Assembly: GCA_963804995.1 (NCBI GenBank)
Contig: CAWDSK010000002.1
Coordinates: forward strand, 640,001 to 704,000
Length of the DNA: 64,000 nucleotides
Source: an uncultured Acidobacteriota bacterium
GTDB taxonomy: Bacteria; Acidobacteriota; Terriglobia; UBA7540
Reading direction: 5' to 3'
Shown: piece after piece, positions 10,029-22,658 of the stretch
How positions within the stretch are numbered: position 1 is the stretch's first letter
Layout: the number at the start of each line of letters is the position of its first letter
Notes under the pieces: model-generated
Told to the model about the DNA's origin: nothing
Seen by the model: only the letters and a program-made list of their open reading frames with translations
The model's database searches: none
Made by a program: the position numbers and the translations under genes

Positions 10029-10403
10029 CTACTTCACAATGAAGCTCAACATGTAGATAGCTGTGGGAATGAAAAGGATTGTGAAGGTGATCCCCACCGC
10101 GTAGCTAAGTTTACGGTGGGAGGCCATAGTCTCCGGCCAGAAATCGATGATACAGATTCGAACGCCGTTGATGGCGTGATAGAGGACCGCTCCCACCAGA
10201 GCAACTTCGCCCACTCGAAACGGCGGGTAACGATAGAGAAAAAGCAGCTTGTTAAAGACCTTTGGCCCCCATCCAATCAAGGCAATGTCTACGATGTGGA
10301 TGAGCAGGAAAAGAAAGACCCCAATTCCTGTCAAGCGGTGGAGAATCCAGGACCAGTGTCCGGGCCCTCCCCGATACGTCAGATATTCCAGAGGTTTGAC
10401 CAT
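10029..10403 (-). CDS. sdhC: succinate dehydrogenase cytochrome b556 subunit
   Basis: WILHRLTG, HAINGVR motifs. Confidence 0.9.
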   Translation of the reverse strand: MVKPLEYLTYRGGPGHWSWILHRLTGIGVFLFLLIHIVDIALIGWGPKVFNKLLFLYRYPPFRVGEVALVGAVLYHAINGVRICIIDFWPETMASHRKLSYAVGITFTILFIPTAIYMLSFIVK

Positions 10404-10583
10404 GCTTGTTCCATTCTCCTCTTCGCACTGCAGGCCCGGAATGGATGGGAATGCACAGTGCTAAATGCGTCTCGAAAGCCTGTGCCAATGGTTGCGCGCC
10501 CGCCCTGGGTCAATCCGCCATCCTACCGCAATCTTTCGACACAATGCAATCAAGTGAGCGCATTGGTGGTGGTGTCATTTGCT

Positions 10584-10787
10584 GTGGCACGGCCGACCTG
10601 CCCCGATGCATCGGGGTCTTGGCCGTGACGGGACACGGGCGGGAGAAGCTGTGAAAAAATCCTATCAAACCTTTCACCGCGGAGACGCGGAGGCGCTGAG
10701 GTTTGAAAACAAAGGGTCATTTCTCTGCGTCTCAGCGACTCAGCGGTGAAAATGGTATTTTTTCACACCTTCGGACGCCCGTGGCAC
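10584..10787. repeat. GTGG-type REP-like doublet with nested mini-palindrome and nested MITE (10645-10772)
   Basis: GTGGCACGGCCG[..CCCCGATGCATCGGGG]TCTTGGCCGTG; CACGGGCGGGA|GAAGCTGTGAAAAAAT...ATTTTTTCACACCTTC|GGACGCCCGTGGCAC. Confidence 0.7.
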
Positions 10788-10982
10788 CTCAAAATGAGTC
10801 ACTACCAGCGCATGGGGAATTAGCTCCTGCCTTGTCGCCTTGTGTTTACCGATGAATCCGCAAAGGCAATCCGAAGTTCTGGGCGAGCAACCTCGTATAT
10901 GAAAACTATGCGGGAGCTTCGCCGGATGGGGAATCAAGAACACCCAACTGAAATTGGCCAGGCTGAGCCGCCATCCTGTTTC

Positions 10983-11121
10983 GTAGCGCGGTCCCCCGTT
11001 TTTGGGGTCCGCGGTTTTTCCTTTGAACATTCTGCAAATCCCGAACCCGGCTTCGCCACGACACAGTTGCCCAAATGGCACGGGAAGAACCGCGGACCTC
11101 AACGGCGGAGGTCCGCGCTAC
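10983..11121. repeat. GTAG-type REP-like doublet (same family as 20961-21046)
   Basis: GTAGCGCGGTCCCCCGTTTTTGGGGTCCGCGG...CCGCGGACCTCAACGGCGGAGGTCCGCGCTAC. Confidence 0.7.
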
Positions 11122-11247
11122 GCTGGCTCGACCACCCGTGCCCGTCCGATTTCTGGAGTCCTCCATGGGAGTCCGCAAACCGGGCCTCCCGAACCAAAAG
11201 AGGAATTCGCAAACGCACAAGGTTAAAACTCCGCGCGCACGAATGAT

Positions 11248-12256
11248 TTCGGACAATTTGCCGCACCTCATTTACGGTTTGGGCTACCGGTAGCCCAAAC
11301 CCACACATTGCCTATTGACATAGGCCAGTCGGATGGGAGCACAATAGAGGTGAGGAAGCGTAGCGCCCCGATGCGTCCAGGCAGCCCATTCTACCCAAGA
11401 ACCACGGGCCCCAAAAATCGGGGGGTCTCCCATGCCCTACCGTGAATGCTTGTTTTTCCAGGCAAGCATTTCTCTGTGCCCCTTGTGTCCCGAAGCGCTT
11501 TCACACAGAGGTCACGGAGACGCTTTGGGCGCTCTGTGTTAAAGCTTGCGAGGCACGGAGGACACGGAGAGTCTCGTTGTGGCGTGGGAGATGGAAACTG
11601 GTTTCCCCGCGATTATGTAGGGCCGGGGCTCGCCCCGGCCAAGGCCGACGCGAGCGTCGGCCCTACGTGAAATTCAGAACTTTTGCCAAAAAAATGAATT
11701 TAGGGTGTTGCGTCAGGGAGGACACGCAGAATTTCGTTGTGGCACGGGAGGCGTACCAACTTGATTGGCTATTGCACCTCGCGAAGTCCGGCGCGTCACG
11801 AACCTGCTGGTGAGGATCAAACGCTATGAGCGTCAGAGGGAAGCGTTAGAAAAAGCGCGGCTCTCCATGATGTGCAAGAAAAAAAGTGGGTTAGCCGTTG
11901 AGAGTAAGAATGTCTGAAATCTTTAACTCATTCAGATAGCGAGAGTTATGCTGAAATATCGGAGCCAAGGCGAAAAAACTGGACCGGCCCTCCATGATGT
12001 AATAGAAACAAAAGGGATTAGCCATGATCAGCAAAAATTGCGCAAAAATCTATATTATTGAAATTAAAATAGTTAGCTTGTCTTCGCTGGTCAGGGTCAA
12101 AGGAGGAAGGGGGGGATCAAAAAATGACGCTGACATTCTGTAAGTCACTGAAAACAAATGTAGAGGAAATGTCTGTTCTGCGCCTCTCCATGATGTTGAT
12201 GAAAACACGCTAGTTAAACCATTCTCTCCATTATGTTGGTGAAAAGAAAGGGAGTT
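11248..12256 (+). other. internally deleted copy 1 of dispersed element: 5' palindrome, C-terminal coding remnant and 3' repeat array
   Basis: 11248-11301 matches 60571-60623 (rc); 11780-11864 translates REVRRVTNLLVRIKRYERQREALE, like the C-terminus of the 59150-60355 gene; CCATGATGT array 11861-12256. Confidence 0.75.
11617..11666. repeat. GTAG-type REP-like doublet
   Basis: GTAGGGCCGGGGCTCGCCCCGGCC-AA-GGCCGACGCGAGCGTCGGCCCTAC. Confidence 0.7.
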
Positions 12257-12371
12257 GTGCGCCGGGATAAACCGGCAGGAAGCAGAGGATGAAAAATCCT
12301 TACGAGGAAGGAGTAGCGAACCACTCGGCCCCGAGTTTTGCGCGGCGTGTCGCGAGGCATGTGGGGAAGCG
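12257..12371 (+). mobile_element. 5' remnant of a group II intron (start of domain I)
   Basis: Begins GTGCG; continues GAAAAATCCTTACGAGGAAGGAGTAGCGAACCACTCGGCCCCGAGTTTTGCGCG, which I recognise as resembling bacterial group II intron 5' regions; no RT ORF or domain V follows. Confidence 0.6.
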
Positions 12372-12496
12372 CGGGACGCAAGGCCGAACTTCCTCAAGCC
12401 AATAGGCCGTGGCGGGGAGGACTCTGCCGCCGGCGTACCGGCGATGTTTTTTGACTCCCTGCCGTGGCTGTGTGAAGATAGCGCGGGAGTTTTTCC

Positions 12497-15247
12497 ATGG
12501 CGAACAACCGGCGTGCTCGAATCATTCTGGCTTTGATCTTGTTTTTCCTGATCTTTCTGCCGCTCTTGACGAACGGTGTGGACCTGCTGGTGGATTGGTT
12601 ATGGTTCAAGCAGGAAGGCTACCGCCTGATCTACCTGACCATCCTGCAAGCGCAGATTTCCCTAAGCGGCATCGCGGGTATGGGCTTCATTATAGCTGCA
12701 GGATTAAATCTCCTTCTGGCCCACATGTTGGCCAAAGGTTCGGGATATCGCGTCTACGGCGAATACATCGAGTTCCCGGCGCTCGATCGAATGAGTCTTG
12801 TCCTGCGCTGGCTGATCTGGGGGGGAGTGCTCTTCCTCGGTTACGTGATCAGCCAGTGGGGGATGGGTCATTGGCTGACCTATCTGCGCGCGAAGCAGGT
12901 GCCCGTGATGGGGCAGGCTGACCCGCTCTTCGGTATTGACCTGGGTTTCTATCTTTTTCAATTGCCCTACAACTGGTTTCTCTATCACCTCGCGTTGGTC
13001 ACCATCATCTGCTGCGCTCTGAGTGCCACATTCCTCTACCTGCTGGAAGGCGGCATTTGGGTAACGCAGCGCGGGCCAGTGGTGGGGCGCCCGGCGCGGG
13101 CGCACTTGATGGTGCTGGGAGGCATTCTCTTTCTCCTCATTGCTTACCGCATCCGCTTGGGCATGTATGATCTGCTCTACTCACCGCGCGGCGTGGTGTT
13201 CGGGGCAGGCTACACGGACGTGCACGCCACCCTGCCGGTTCTGAAACTGCTGCTCATTCTCTCCCTGATCACGGCCGGCACTTTCTTCCTCCGCGCCTGG
13301 AAGGGAAATTTCCGCACACCTCTCTACGCGATTGGAGCCCTAGTGGCGGTCGGGATCGTCGGCGGGTCATTCTATCCGGAAATCATTCAACGCTTTATCG
13401 TAGCTCCCAACGAGATCGACAAGGAGCGGCCCTATATCGCCAACTCCATCGAATTCACCCGGAACGCCTACGGGCTGAATCGCTTCGAGGAGCGGAGTTT
13501 TTCCGCCGTCGAAGACTTGTCGTTGGACGATATCCGCCAGAACGAAGCCACTTTCCGCAATGTGCGCCTGTGGGACCACAAGCCTTTGCTGACCACCTTT
13601 GCGCAGTTGCAGGAAATCCGCACCTACTATGATTTCGTGCACATCGACAACGACCGCTACTTGATCAACGGTGTCTACCGCCAAGTCTCGCTTTCACCGC
13701 GGGAACTAAATCCCGCGAGCCTGCCCGAGCGGAACTGGATCAATGAATATCTTTATTACACCCACGGATACGGCTTATGCCTGGGGCCGGTGAACGAATT
13801 CACCAGCGAAGGGCTGCCGGTGCTCTTTATCAAGGATCTTCCCCCCGCTTCCAGTGTTTCATTGAAGGTAACCCGGCCGGAAATTTACTATGGCGAGCAA
13901 GGCAGCGATTATTGTTTCGTCAAAACGCGAGCGCAGGAGTTCGATTACCCCCGTGGCGACAAGGATGTCTACACCAGCTACCAGGGCGCCGGGGGCATTC
14001 CCGTCGAGAGCTTCTGGCGGCGCTTGCTGTTCGCCCTGGCTTTTGGCGAGAAGAACATCCTGTTCTCGACCGACATCCAACCGGAAAGCCGCCTGATGAT
14101 TTATCGCCGCGTGCTGGATCGCGCGGAACGTTTGACGCCCTTTCTTCGGTACGACCACGACCCCTACATGGTCATCTCAGATGATGGGGCGCTTTACTGG
14201 ATTCTGGACGGTTATACGCTCTCCGGACGGTATCCCTACTCGCAACCTGCCCCCAATGGGGAGAATTACATCCGCAACTCCGTCAAGGCCACCATAAACG
14301 CCTATTCCGGCGAAGTGAGGTTCTATATCAGTGACCCGGAGGACCCCTTCATCCAAACCTACGCCCGCCTCTTCCCGGGAGTTTTCCATCCGCTCTCCGA
14401 AATGCCTAAGGACCTGCGCGCCCACATCCGCTACCCAGAGGAAATTTTTTCCATTCAGGCAAACATGTACGCCCTGTATCACATGACCGACCCCCGCGTG
14501 TTTTACAACAAGGAGGATTTGTGGCGCGTCGCCCAGAGCGCTGCCGGAGGTCCTGGCACGCCCATGACGCCCTATTACAACATCATGAAGCTCGCGGAAG
14601 TGGGCACGCGCGAGGAGTTCATCCTCATGGCGCCCTTTACGCCCGCGCGGAAGGACAACATGATTGCCTGGATGGCCGCGCGCTGTGACGATCCGAATTA
14701 CGGCAAGGTTCTGGTCTTTACGTTCCCCAAACAAAAGCTCATCTACGGTCCACAGCAAATTGAATCACGCATCGATCAGGACCCGGGAATCTCGCAACAA
14801 CTGACTCTGTGGGGACAGGGCGGCTCGAAAGTGATTCGTGGAACTCTGCTCGTGACCCCAGTGCTTAATTCTGTTCTCTATGTCGAACCGCTTTACCTGG
14901 CCGCCGAAGCCGGGGGCGGCCTGCCCCAACTGCAGCGCGTGCTGGTGGCCTATTCGGATCATGTGGTCATGGAAGCGACGCTCGACGCAGCCTTGACCAA
15001 GATCTTCGGCGGCACCGTGACCACAACGGAATCGCGGCCTGCCTCGACGCCCGGCCAGCCGGCGTCGAGCACAGCGCTGCCAGGCTCGAAGCCCACAGCA
15101 CCCGATACGCAGACGCTCATCCGCGAAGCTAATCAGCATTTCGAGCGTGCCCTGCAACTCCAGCGGCAGGGCGACTGGGCCGGATATGGAGATGAGGTTA
15201 AGAAACTTGGTGAAGCCCTGAAAAAACTGGCAGCACAGCAACACTGA
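12497..15247 (+). CDS. UPF0182 family membrane protein
   Basis: DWLWF, DPLFGIDLGFYLF, NVRLWD, YTHGYG, NYIRNSVKA motifs. Confidence 0.93.
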   Translation: MANNRRARIILALILFFLIFLPLLTNGVDLLVDWLWFKQEGYRLIYLTILQAQISLSGIAGMGFIIAAGLNLLLAHMLAKGSGYRVYGEYIEFPALDRMSLVLRWLIWGGVLFLGYVISQWGMGHWLTYLRAKQVPVMGQADPLFGIDLGFYLFQLPYNWFLYHLALVTIICCALSATFLYLLEGGIWVTQRGPVVGRPARAHLMVLGGILFLLIAYRIRLGMYDLLYSPRGVVFGAGYTDVHATLPVLKLLLILSLITAGTFFLRAWKGNFRTPLYAIGALVAVGIVGGSFYPEIIQRFIVAPNEIDKERPYIANSIEFTRNAYGLNRFEERSFSAVEDLSLDDIRQNEATFRNVRLWDHKPLLTTFAQLQEIRTYYDFVHIDNDRYLINGVYRQVSLSPRELNPASLPERNWINEYLYYTHGYGLCLGPVNEFTSEGLPVLFIKDLPPASSVSLKVTRPEIYYGEQGSDYCFVKTRAQEFDYPRGDKDVYTSYQGAGGIPVESFWRRLLFALAFGEKNILFSTDIQPESRLMIYRRVLDRAERLTPFLRYDHDPYMVISDDGALYWILDGYTLSGRYPYSQPAPNGENYIRNSVKATINAYSGEVRFYISDPEDPFIQTYARLFPGVFHPLSEMPKDLRAHIRYPEEIFSIQANMYALYHMTDPRVFYNKEDLWRVAQSAAGGPGTPMTPYYNIMKLAEVGTREEFILMAPFTPARKDNMIAWMAARCDDPNYGKVLVFTFPKQKLIYGPQQIESRIDQDPGISQQLTLWGQGGSKVIRGTLLVTPVLNSVLYVEPLYLAAEAGGGLPQLQRVLVAYSDHVVMEATLDAALTKIFGGTVTTTESRPASTPGQPASSTALPGSKPTAPDTQTLIREANQHFERALQLQRQGDWAGYGDEVKKLGEALKKLAAQQH

Positions 15248-15269
15248 AGCTCGGCAGCGCGAAACCACG

Positions 15270-15788
15270 ATGAGAAAAGTCCTGGCCATTCCCCTGGAGG
15301 AAGTCCTTGAGCATTTCACGCAGAACGCTCGCCAGGATGTGAAAATCGTGGCGCCGGAAATCCTGGCCGTTGAGTTGATCGCCAGGCTGAGAGCCGCGGG
15401 CAAACTGCTGAAACCGGAGCAACCGGTGGAGGGCGTCGAATGGCAGCACTCAGCGAGCGACTCCCCGAATAAGCTGTGTGAATCTCGCGATTTTGCCACC
15501 AGGCTTGCCGAGGAGACGGCAGGCCCCTTCGCCCTCTGCTTCGCCAATGAAAAGGGCCCGCAAGACGCCCACTATCACCCGCATCATATCGAAATCTATT
15601 TCTCCGAGCATCCGCTGGAAGCAGAATACCGCAGCGATGCGGACACGCGCATTGAACGCGTGAGGCTTGAGCAGGGTGGAGTGCTTGTTTTCGCAGCAGG
15701 TGTCGTGCACCGCGCCCGCTTGGGTGGCCTGACGGTCGTCATTGAAATCCCCGCAGTTGCCAATGACAAGGTCGTCGCGGATCTCTGA
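15270..15788 (+). CDS. hypothetical protein with cupin-like C-terminal domain
   Basis: HYHPHHIEIY and GVVH cupin-like metal motifs. Confidence 0.6.
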   Translation: MRKVLAIPLEEVLEHFTQNARQDVKIVAPEILAVELIARLRAAGKLLKPEQPVEGVEWQHSASDSPNKLCESRDFATRLAEETAGPFALCFANEKGPQDAHYHPHHIEIYFSEHPLEAEYRSDADTRIERVRLEQGGVLVFAAGVVHRARLGGLTVVIEIPAVANDKVVADL

Positions 15789-15827
15789 GAGGGAGCCAAC
15801 CGGGTGAAGGCCACTCGTGCCTTCTGG

Positions 15828-16355
15828 CTATTGTCTTCCGGGCAGGGTGCAGGACTGGCGAGCGCCTGCGGGATCAATGGCATCGGAGCCTTCGTCAATG
15901 TGGCGGATAATGCCGTCCCTGTCGATCACGAAGGTGACCCGGTTGGCGAAGAGGCGGGTGAAATTGAGGACTCCGTAGGCCTTGGCCACCTTCTTGTCGG
16001 TGTCGCTCAGCAGAGGAAATTTCGCGCCCGTTTCCTCGGCGAATTTGCGGTTTCTTTCCTGGCTGTCGAGGCTGATCCCTAACACCTGGGCGCCGGCAGA
16101 TTCGAACTTGGCGATATCAGCCTGATACGCCTTAATCTCTTTGGTTCAACCCGGCGTTGAAGCTCGTATGTAAAACGCCAGAACGACACTCTTCTTTCCC
16201 CGAAAATCCTCGAGCTTGACGAGCTTGCCGTTTTGGTCGGGCAACGTAAAGTCCGGGGCGCGATCGCCAACCTTCAGAGTCGCAGCCGGGGCAAATAGTG
16301 GCATGAGGATTACGCTCACCCAGAAAATCATCGCGCTTTGTGCCGGACAAACCAC
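15828..16355 (-). CDS. peroxiredoxin (AhpC/TSA, BCP-like), probable selenoprotein (UGA at 16146-16148); start uncertain, possibly ATG 16331
   Basis: [39 protein letters not shown] is one continuous frame; UGA occupies the peroxidatic Cys position. Confidence 0.85.
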
Positions 16356-16442
16356 GCGAGGATTAAGGCGGGGGCACTCGGTATGTCGCCACCCGCCTCT
16401 TGCTCCTTCACGGCCTTCTAACTTGTGGGTTCTGGTTTCTGC

Positions 16443-16976
16443 CTACTGCTTCTTGTGCTCGAGCAAACTACAGGCAGCGCCGGCGCCGCTCGGGTCAAGG
16501 GCTTCCTTGCCCATCTCAATATGCTGAATCACGCCGGTCTTGTCCACAACGAATGTGGCACGGTTGGCAAAACCATGTTCTTCGTTCAGAATTCCGTATT
16601 CTTTTGAAACTGTCCTTTGGAAATCGCTGAGGAGCGGAAATTTGATGTCCTCTTGCTTGGCGAAGGCACGGTTCGCAGGAGAGCTATCTACACTGATTCC
16701 CAACACCGCAGTTCCTGTCTTCTCGAATTTGGCGATATCAGCCTGATACGCCTTGAGCTCCTTTGTTCAACCGCCCGTGAAGGCGAGGACATAAAACGCC
16801 AACACTACGTTCTTCTTCCCCAGAAATTGATTGAGTGAAATCTTGTCGCCGTTCTGATCGGGTAGAGTAAAGTCCGGTGCCTTGTCGCCGACCTTCAACG
16901 CCCCAGTCTGCGCCGCGAGCGTGCTTGCCAGAGCCAGCAACGCCGCGCCCACCATTACGCGAAGTCGGGTCTGCAT
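16443..16976 (-). CDS. peroxiredoxin (AhpC/TSA) with signal peptide, probable selenoprotein (UGA at 16767-16769)
   Basis: [50 protein letters not shown] in frame. Confidence 0.88.
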
Positions 16977-17279
16977 GGAGTAGCCTCCTTCTGAAGATGT
17001 CCTGGTCCAAAGCCCGAGCGGGATTATACGCCCAATGCGATGTTGCGAGAAGCCGTTTGACGACCTTGTGCGGCTCAAGATGGGGAGGCCGAGTCACTCT
17101 GTTCTTAAGGATCTGGAATGACGGGAAGAAATGAATGGGGGCGGGCTGGCTTGCCTTGGGAATCACTTGACAAGACCCCATGTCCCTATAAATAGACCTA
17201 ACACCCAAGAAAAGAGGCTGTGCCTCAATGAATGGCCTCGTACCACTATAAGTTATTGAAAAAAGGCATAAAATAATAC

Positions 17280-17308
17280 TTGACAGCATTACGCTCATAT
17301 TTTATTAT
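17280..17308 (+). promoter_or_regulatory. sigma70-type promoter of hsp20
   Basis: TTGACA-N17-TATTAT. Confidence 0.6.
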
Positions 17309-17357
17309 GCTAATGTATATAGGATATAGCAAGACCAACTTACGGAGGTATACGACC

Positions 17358-17810
17358 ATGGCGATTGTTCGATGGGAACCTTTACGAGACCTGATGGCTA
17401 CTCAGCGTGACTTTGACCGCTTGTTCCGCGAAGCCTTCTCTCCCGTATTGGGTGAGGGCGAGGTTTCGACCCGGACTTGGGCGCCGCCCGTGGACATCTA
17501 CGAGAATGGCGACAACCTGGTGCTGAAGGCAGAGCTGCCCGGCGTGAATCCTGATGATGTGGAGATTCGCGTTGAGGACAACACCTTGTACCTGAAGGGT
17601 GAGCGCAAGTTCGAAAAGGAAGTGAAGGAGCAGAACTACCATCGCGTCGAGCGTTCTTACGGAACCTTCACGCGCACCTTCTCACTCCCCAACAGCATCG
17701 ACGCGGACAAGGTTGCGGCGAATTACCAGGACGGCGTTCTGACGCTGACGATGCCCAAAAAGGAAGAGGCGAAACCGAAGACGATCAAGATCAACGTCAA
17801 CAAGAACTGA
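17358..17810 (+). CDS. Hsp20/alpha-crystallin small heat shock protein
   Basis: WAPPVDIYE, AELPG, ERSYGTFTRTFSLP, GVLTL. Confidence 0.95.
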   Translation: MAIVRWEPLRDLMATQRDFDRLFREAFSPVLGEGEVSTRTWAPPVDIYENGDNLVLKAELPGVNPDDVEIRVEDNTLYLKGERKFEKEVKEQNYHRVERSYGTFTRTFSLPNSIDADKVAANYQDGVLTLTMPKKEEAKPKTIKINVNKN

Positions 17811-18274
17811 TATGGCGCCTCCATGCGGGTGGGGCAGAGCGGCTGAGCCTCCGCCCCTCTCGCAGGGTAGGTTTTCTGCCGCGTCGCGAACGCTGGAGAG
17901 CTCGACCACTCCGGTGTTTCCCGACGCGGCTTGTTTTCTGGGGGGATTATGGTGCGCGAGTATTTCGAACCCGCCGCCGCGTCCCTCCATCGGATTAGGT
18001 ACAATTGAAGAGGAGCTGTCGGCTATCAGCGGTCAGCAATCAGCTAAAGACGGCGGTACCGCCCAGGGTGTCACGCAAACTTGATGATTAAGCCTTTGCC
18101 TACGGCTCGCCGTGGTTTAGGGCTGACGTTGAAAGCACACAAGCTAAGCAGGGGAGCGTAGAACAATCAGCCGTCAGCGATCATCCAAGGATAAAGGATA
18201 AGGGATGCGCACGCGGGTTCTTCCGAGGGCGGAATGCTGATAGCCGATAGCTGACAGCTAAGAGGTGTTTCAAC

Positions 18275-20953
<2,679 letters not shown>

Positions 20954-20960
20954 AGGGAGG

Positions 20961-21046
20961 GTAGCGCGGACCCCCGTTTTTGGGGTCCGCGGCTTTTCCT
21001 TGCCCATAAGGGACGAGCCGCGGAATCACAAAACAGTCCGCGCTAC
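20961..21046. repeat. GTAG-type REP-like doublet after clpB
   Basis: First arm nearly identical to 10983-11020. Confidence 0.7.
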
Positions 21047-21222
21047 AGCTGCTGATGGAGCGCATACATGAAAGGCCGTGTATCCGCCATCCGCGCTTCA
21101 CTGGTAAACATTCTGTCGGATTTGCAGGAGTCTGTGTGTAACACCCGCTATGGAAGCTGGAATCACAGAGCATGAGTGGACGGTTGAAGAAATGCTGAGT
21201 AAATTTGGTCAAGGTATTGTTT

Positions 21223-21885
21223 ATGTCATTAGAAGGCTGGAAAACACTATTTGAGTTAGGCGGAGTGATTCTGCTGTTTCTAACTTTCGTGTTTGGTGCT
21301 GGAGCGCTATTCACTGGGACTAAGATAAACGAACGCCAAGCTGGGGAACTGCGACAATTTGAGGCCAAACTTACTGATGCACAAACAGAAATGGGTAAGC
21401 AGCAAGAACGTGCTGCCAACGCAGAGGCGAGGTTGTCTGAACTCCAAAGGCAGCGTTTACCCAGAATGCTGCAGCTAACGAAGTTCATTGAGGCCCTGAA
21501 GCCTAAGCCTCATGCGACTGCAGAGATCATGTACAAAAAAGACGACGGGGAAGCGTTTTCTCTGGCCTGGCAGATAAATGGCGGATTGTCCGCTGCTGAA
21601 TGGGAAGTATCCCGACCTGTGCCGATTCCAGAAGGTTTAACGTCTGGAGTAATGTCCACGGTGGACCCAGACCTTCTGCACGGTTTCCCGCTGAGCGTGC
21701 GGATTGGAGCACAGCCAATGGGGGTCACTATCATAGCGAGAACGCTGCCAGCCAATCCGGCAATGGATGTTCCGTTTAACGCCCTAACACACGCACTTAG
21801 CGAATCTCTTGGCCAAGTCTATGGTGGTTTCGATCCGGTTCTCCCAGAAGATTCCATCCGAATCATAGTTTTACAAAAACCCTAG
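21223..21885 (+). CDS. hypothetical membrane-anchored coiled-coil protein
   Basis: Long ORF, N-terminal TM helix then coiled-coil; visibly lower GC than flanks. Confidence 0.65.
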   Translation: MSLEGWKTLFELGGVILLFLTFVFGAGALFTGTKINERQAGELRQFEAKLTDAQTEMGKQQERAANAEARLSELQRQRLPRMLQLTKFIEALKPKPHATAEIMYKKDDGEAFSLAWQINGGLSAAEWEVSRPVPIPEGLTSGVMSTVDPDLLHGFPLSVRIGAQPMGVTIIARTLPANPAMDVPFNALTHALSESLGQVYGGFDPVLPEDSIRIIVLQKP

Positions 21886-22106
21886 ACTGTGAAATTAGGA
21901 CACAGCGAGGTAGCGCAGACGTAGGCGTCTTTTGCCTTCGTCTGCGGCTTTTCGCCATTTGACACTAACGGCCATGTGGATGGACCCCAGACTACGAGCC
22001 GCAGCGGTGGCTGGCGTAGATCGAGCCCAGATCTGCGATTCACCTTGACGTGTGGGACTTGCACGAAATCGCACGGCTGCGCTCGCCGTGCGCCAGCCTG
22101 CGGTCT

Positions 22107-22595
22107 CTATGGTTTTCGGCGATGGGAATGCTTCTTGGTTTTTTTATCCTTCAGGGCAAAGGTTGGCTCATAAAGTGGGATGAGTGTCTCGATGAAGTGC
22201 TTCGCGTCTCTGGTAGTGGCGCTGGCCTCGTCATCCTCTGAAAAGTAACCCTGATGGACAATTGCATTTCGCTTTTTGTTAATTCGTTCTGCGGTCGCCT
22301 TTAATGTTGCGATGGTTTTGTGATTGGGGCTGCCTTTGGTGAGAGGGAGCAAGAGGCGATCAATCTTTCCGGCAAGGCCATTAGCCCAAAGTAGAAGGCT
22401 GTCGACAAATTCGGAGTTAAAGCTGCTGTGTGACTGGAATTCCTTGCGGATAGCGAAGTTGGCGGCTAGTTCGGTAGCGGTTGCTGCCCGGACAATCGCG
22501 GCAGACCACTGTTGCTCATCGTTGAACCTCGGGAGTTTGTTCCATTGAGACTGTATCTTTTCAAGATCGGTTCGGCTCTCGTATGGTTTGCCCAT
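22107..22595 (-). CDS. hypothetical protein, HEPN-like
   Basis: Helical pattern with RNAIVH (Rx4H) motif; RBS GGGGAG. Confidence 0.6.
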   Translation of the reverse strand: MGKPYESRTDLEKIQSQWNKLPRFNDEQQWSAAIVRAATATELAANFAIRKEFQSHSSFNSEFVDSLLLWANGLAGKIDRLLLPLTKGSPNHKTIATLKATAERINKKRNAIVHQGYFSEDDEASATTRDAKHFIETLIPLYEPTFALKDKKTKKHSHRRKP

Positions 22596-22658
22596 ATTCA
22601 ACTCCCCCGTTCAAAACGGTCATGCGGACGCGGCGGTTACCCTTTTCGAGACGACTCA

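Noticed and set aside
10406..11813. ORFs in the sdhC-UPF0182 intergenic region
   Set aside because: They translate through REP/MITE palindromes and lack protein-like features
17150..17357. CIRCE or other heat-shock operator before hsp20-clpB
   Set aside because: No TTAGCACTC-N9-GAGTGCTAA match; only a weak AGCAT...ATGCT symmetry
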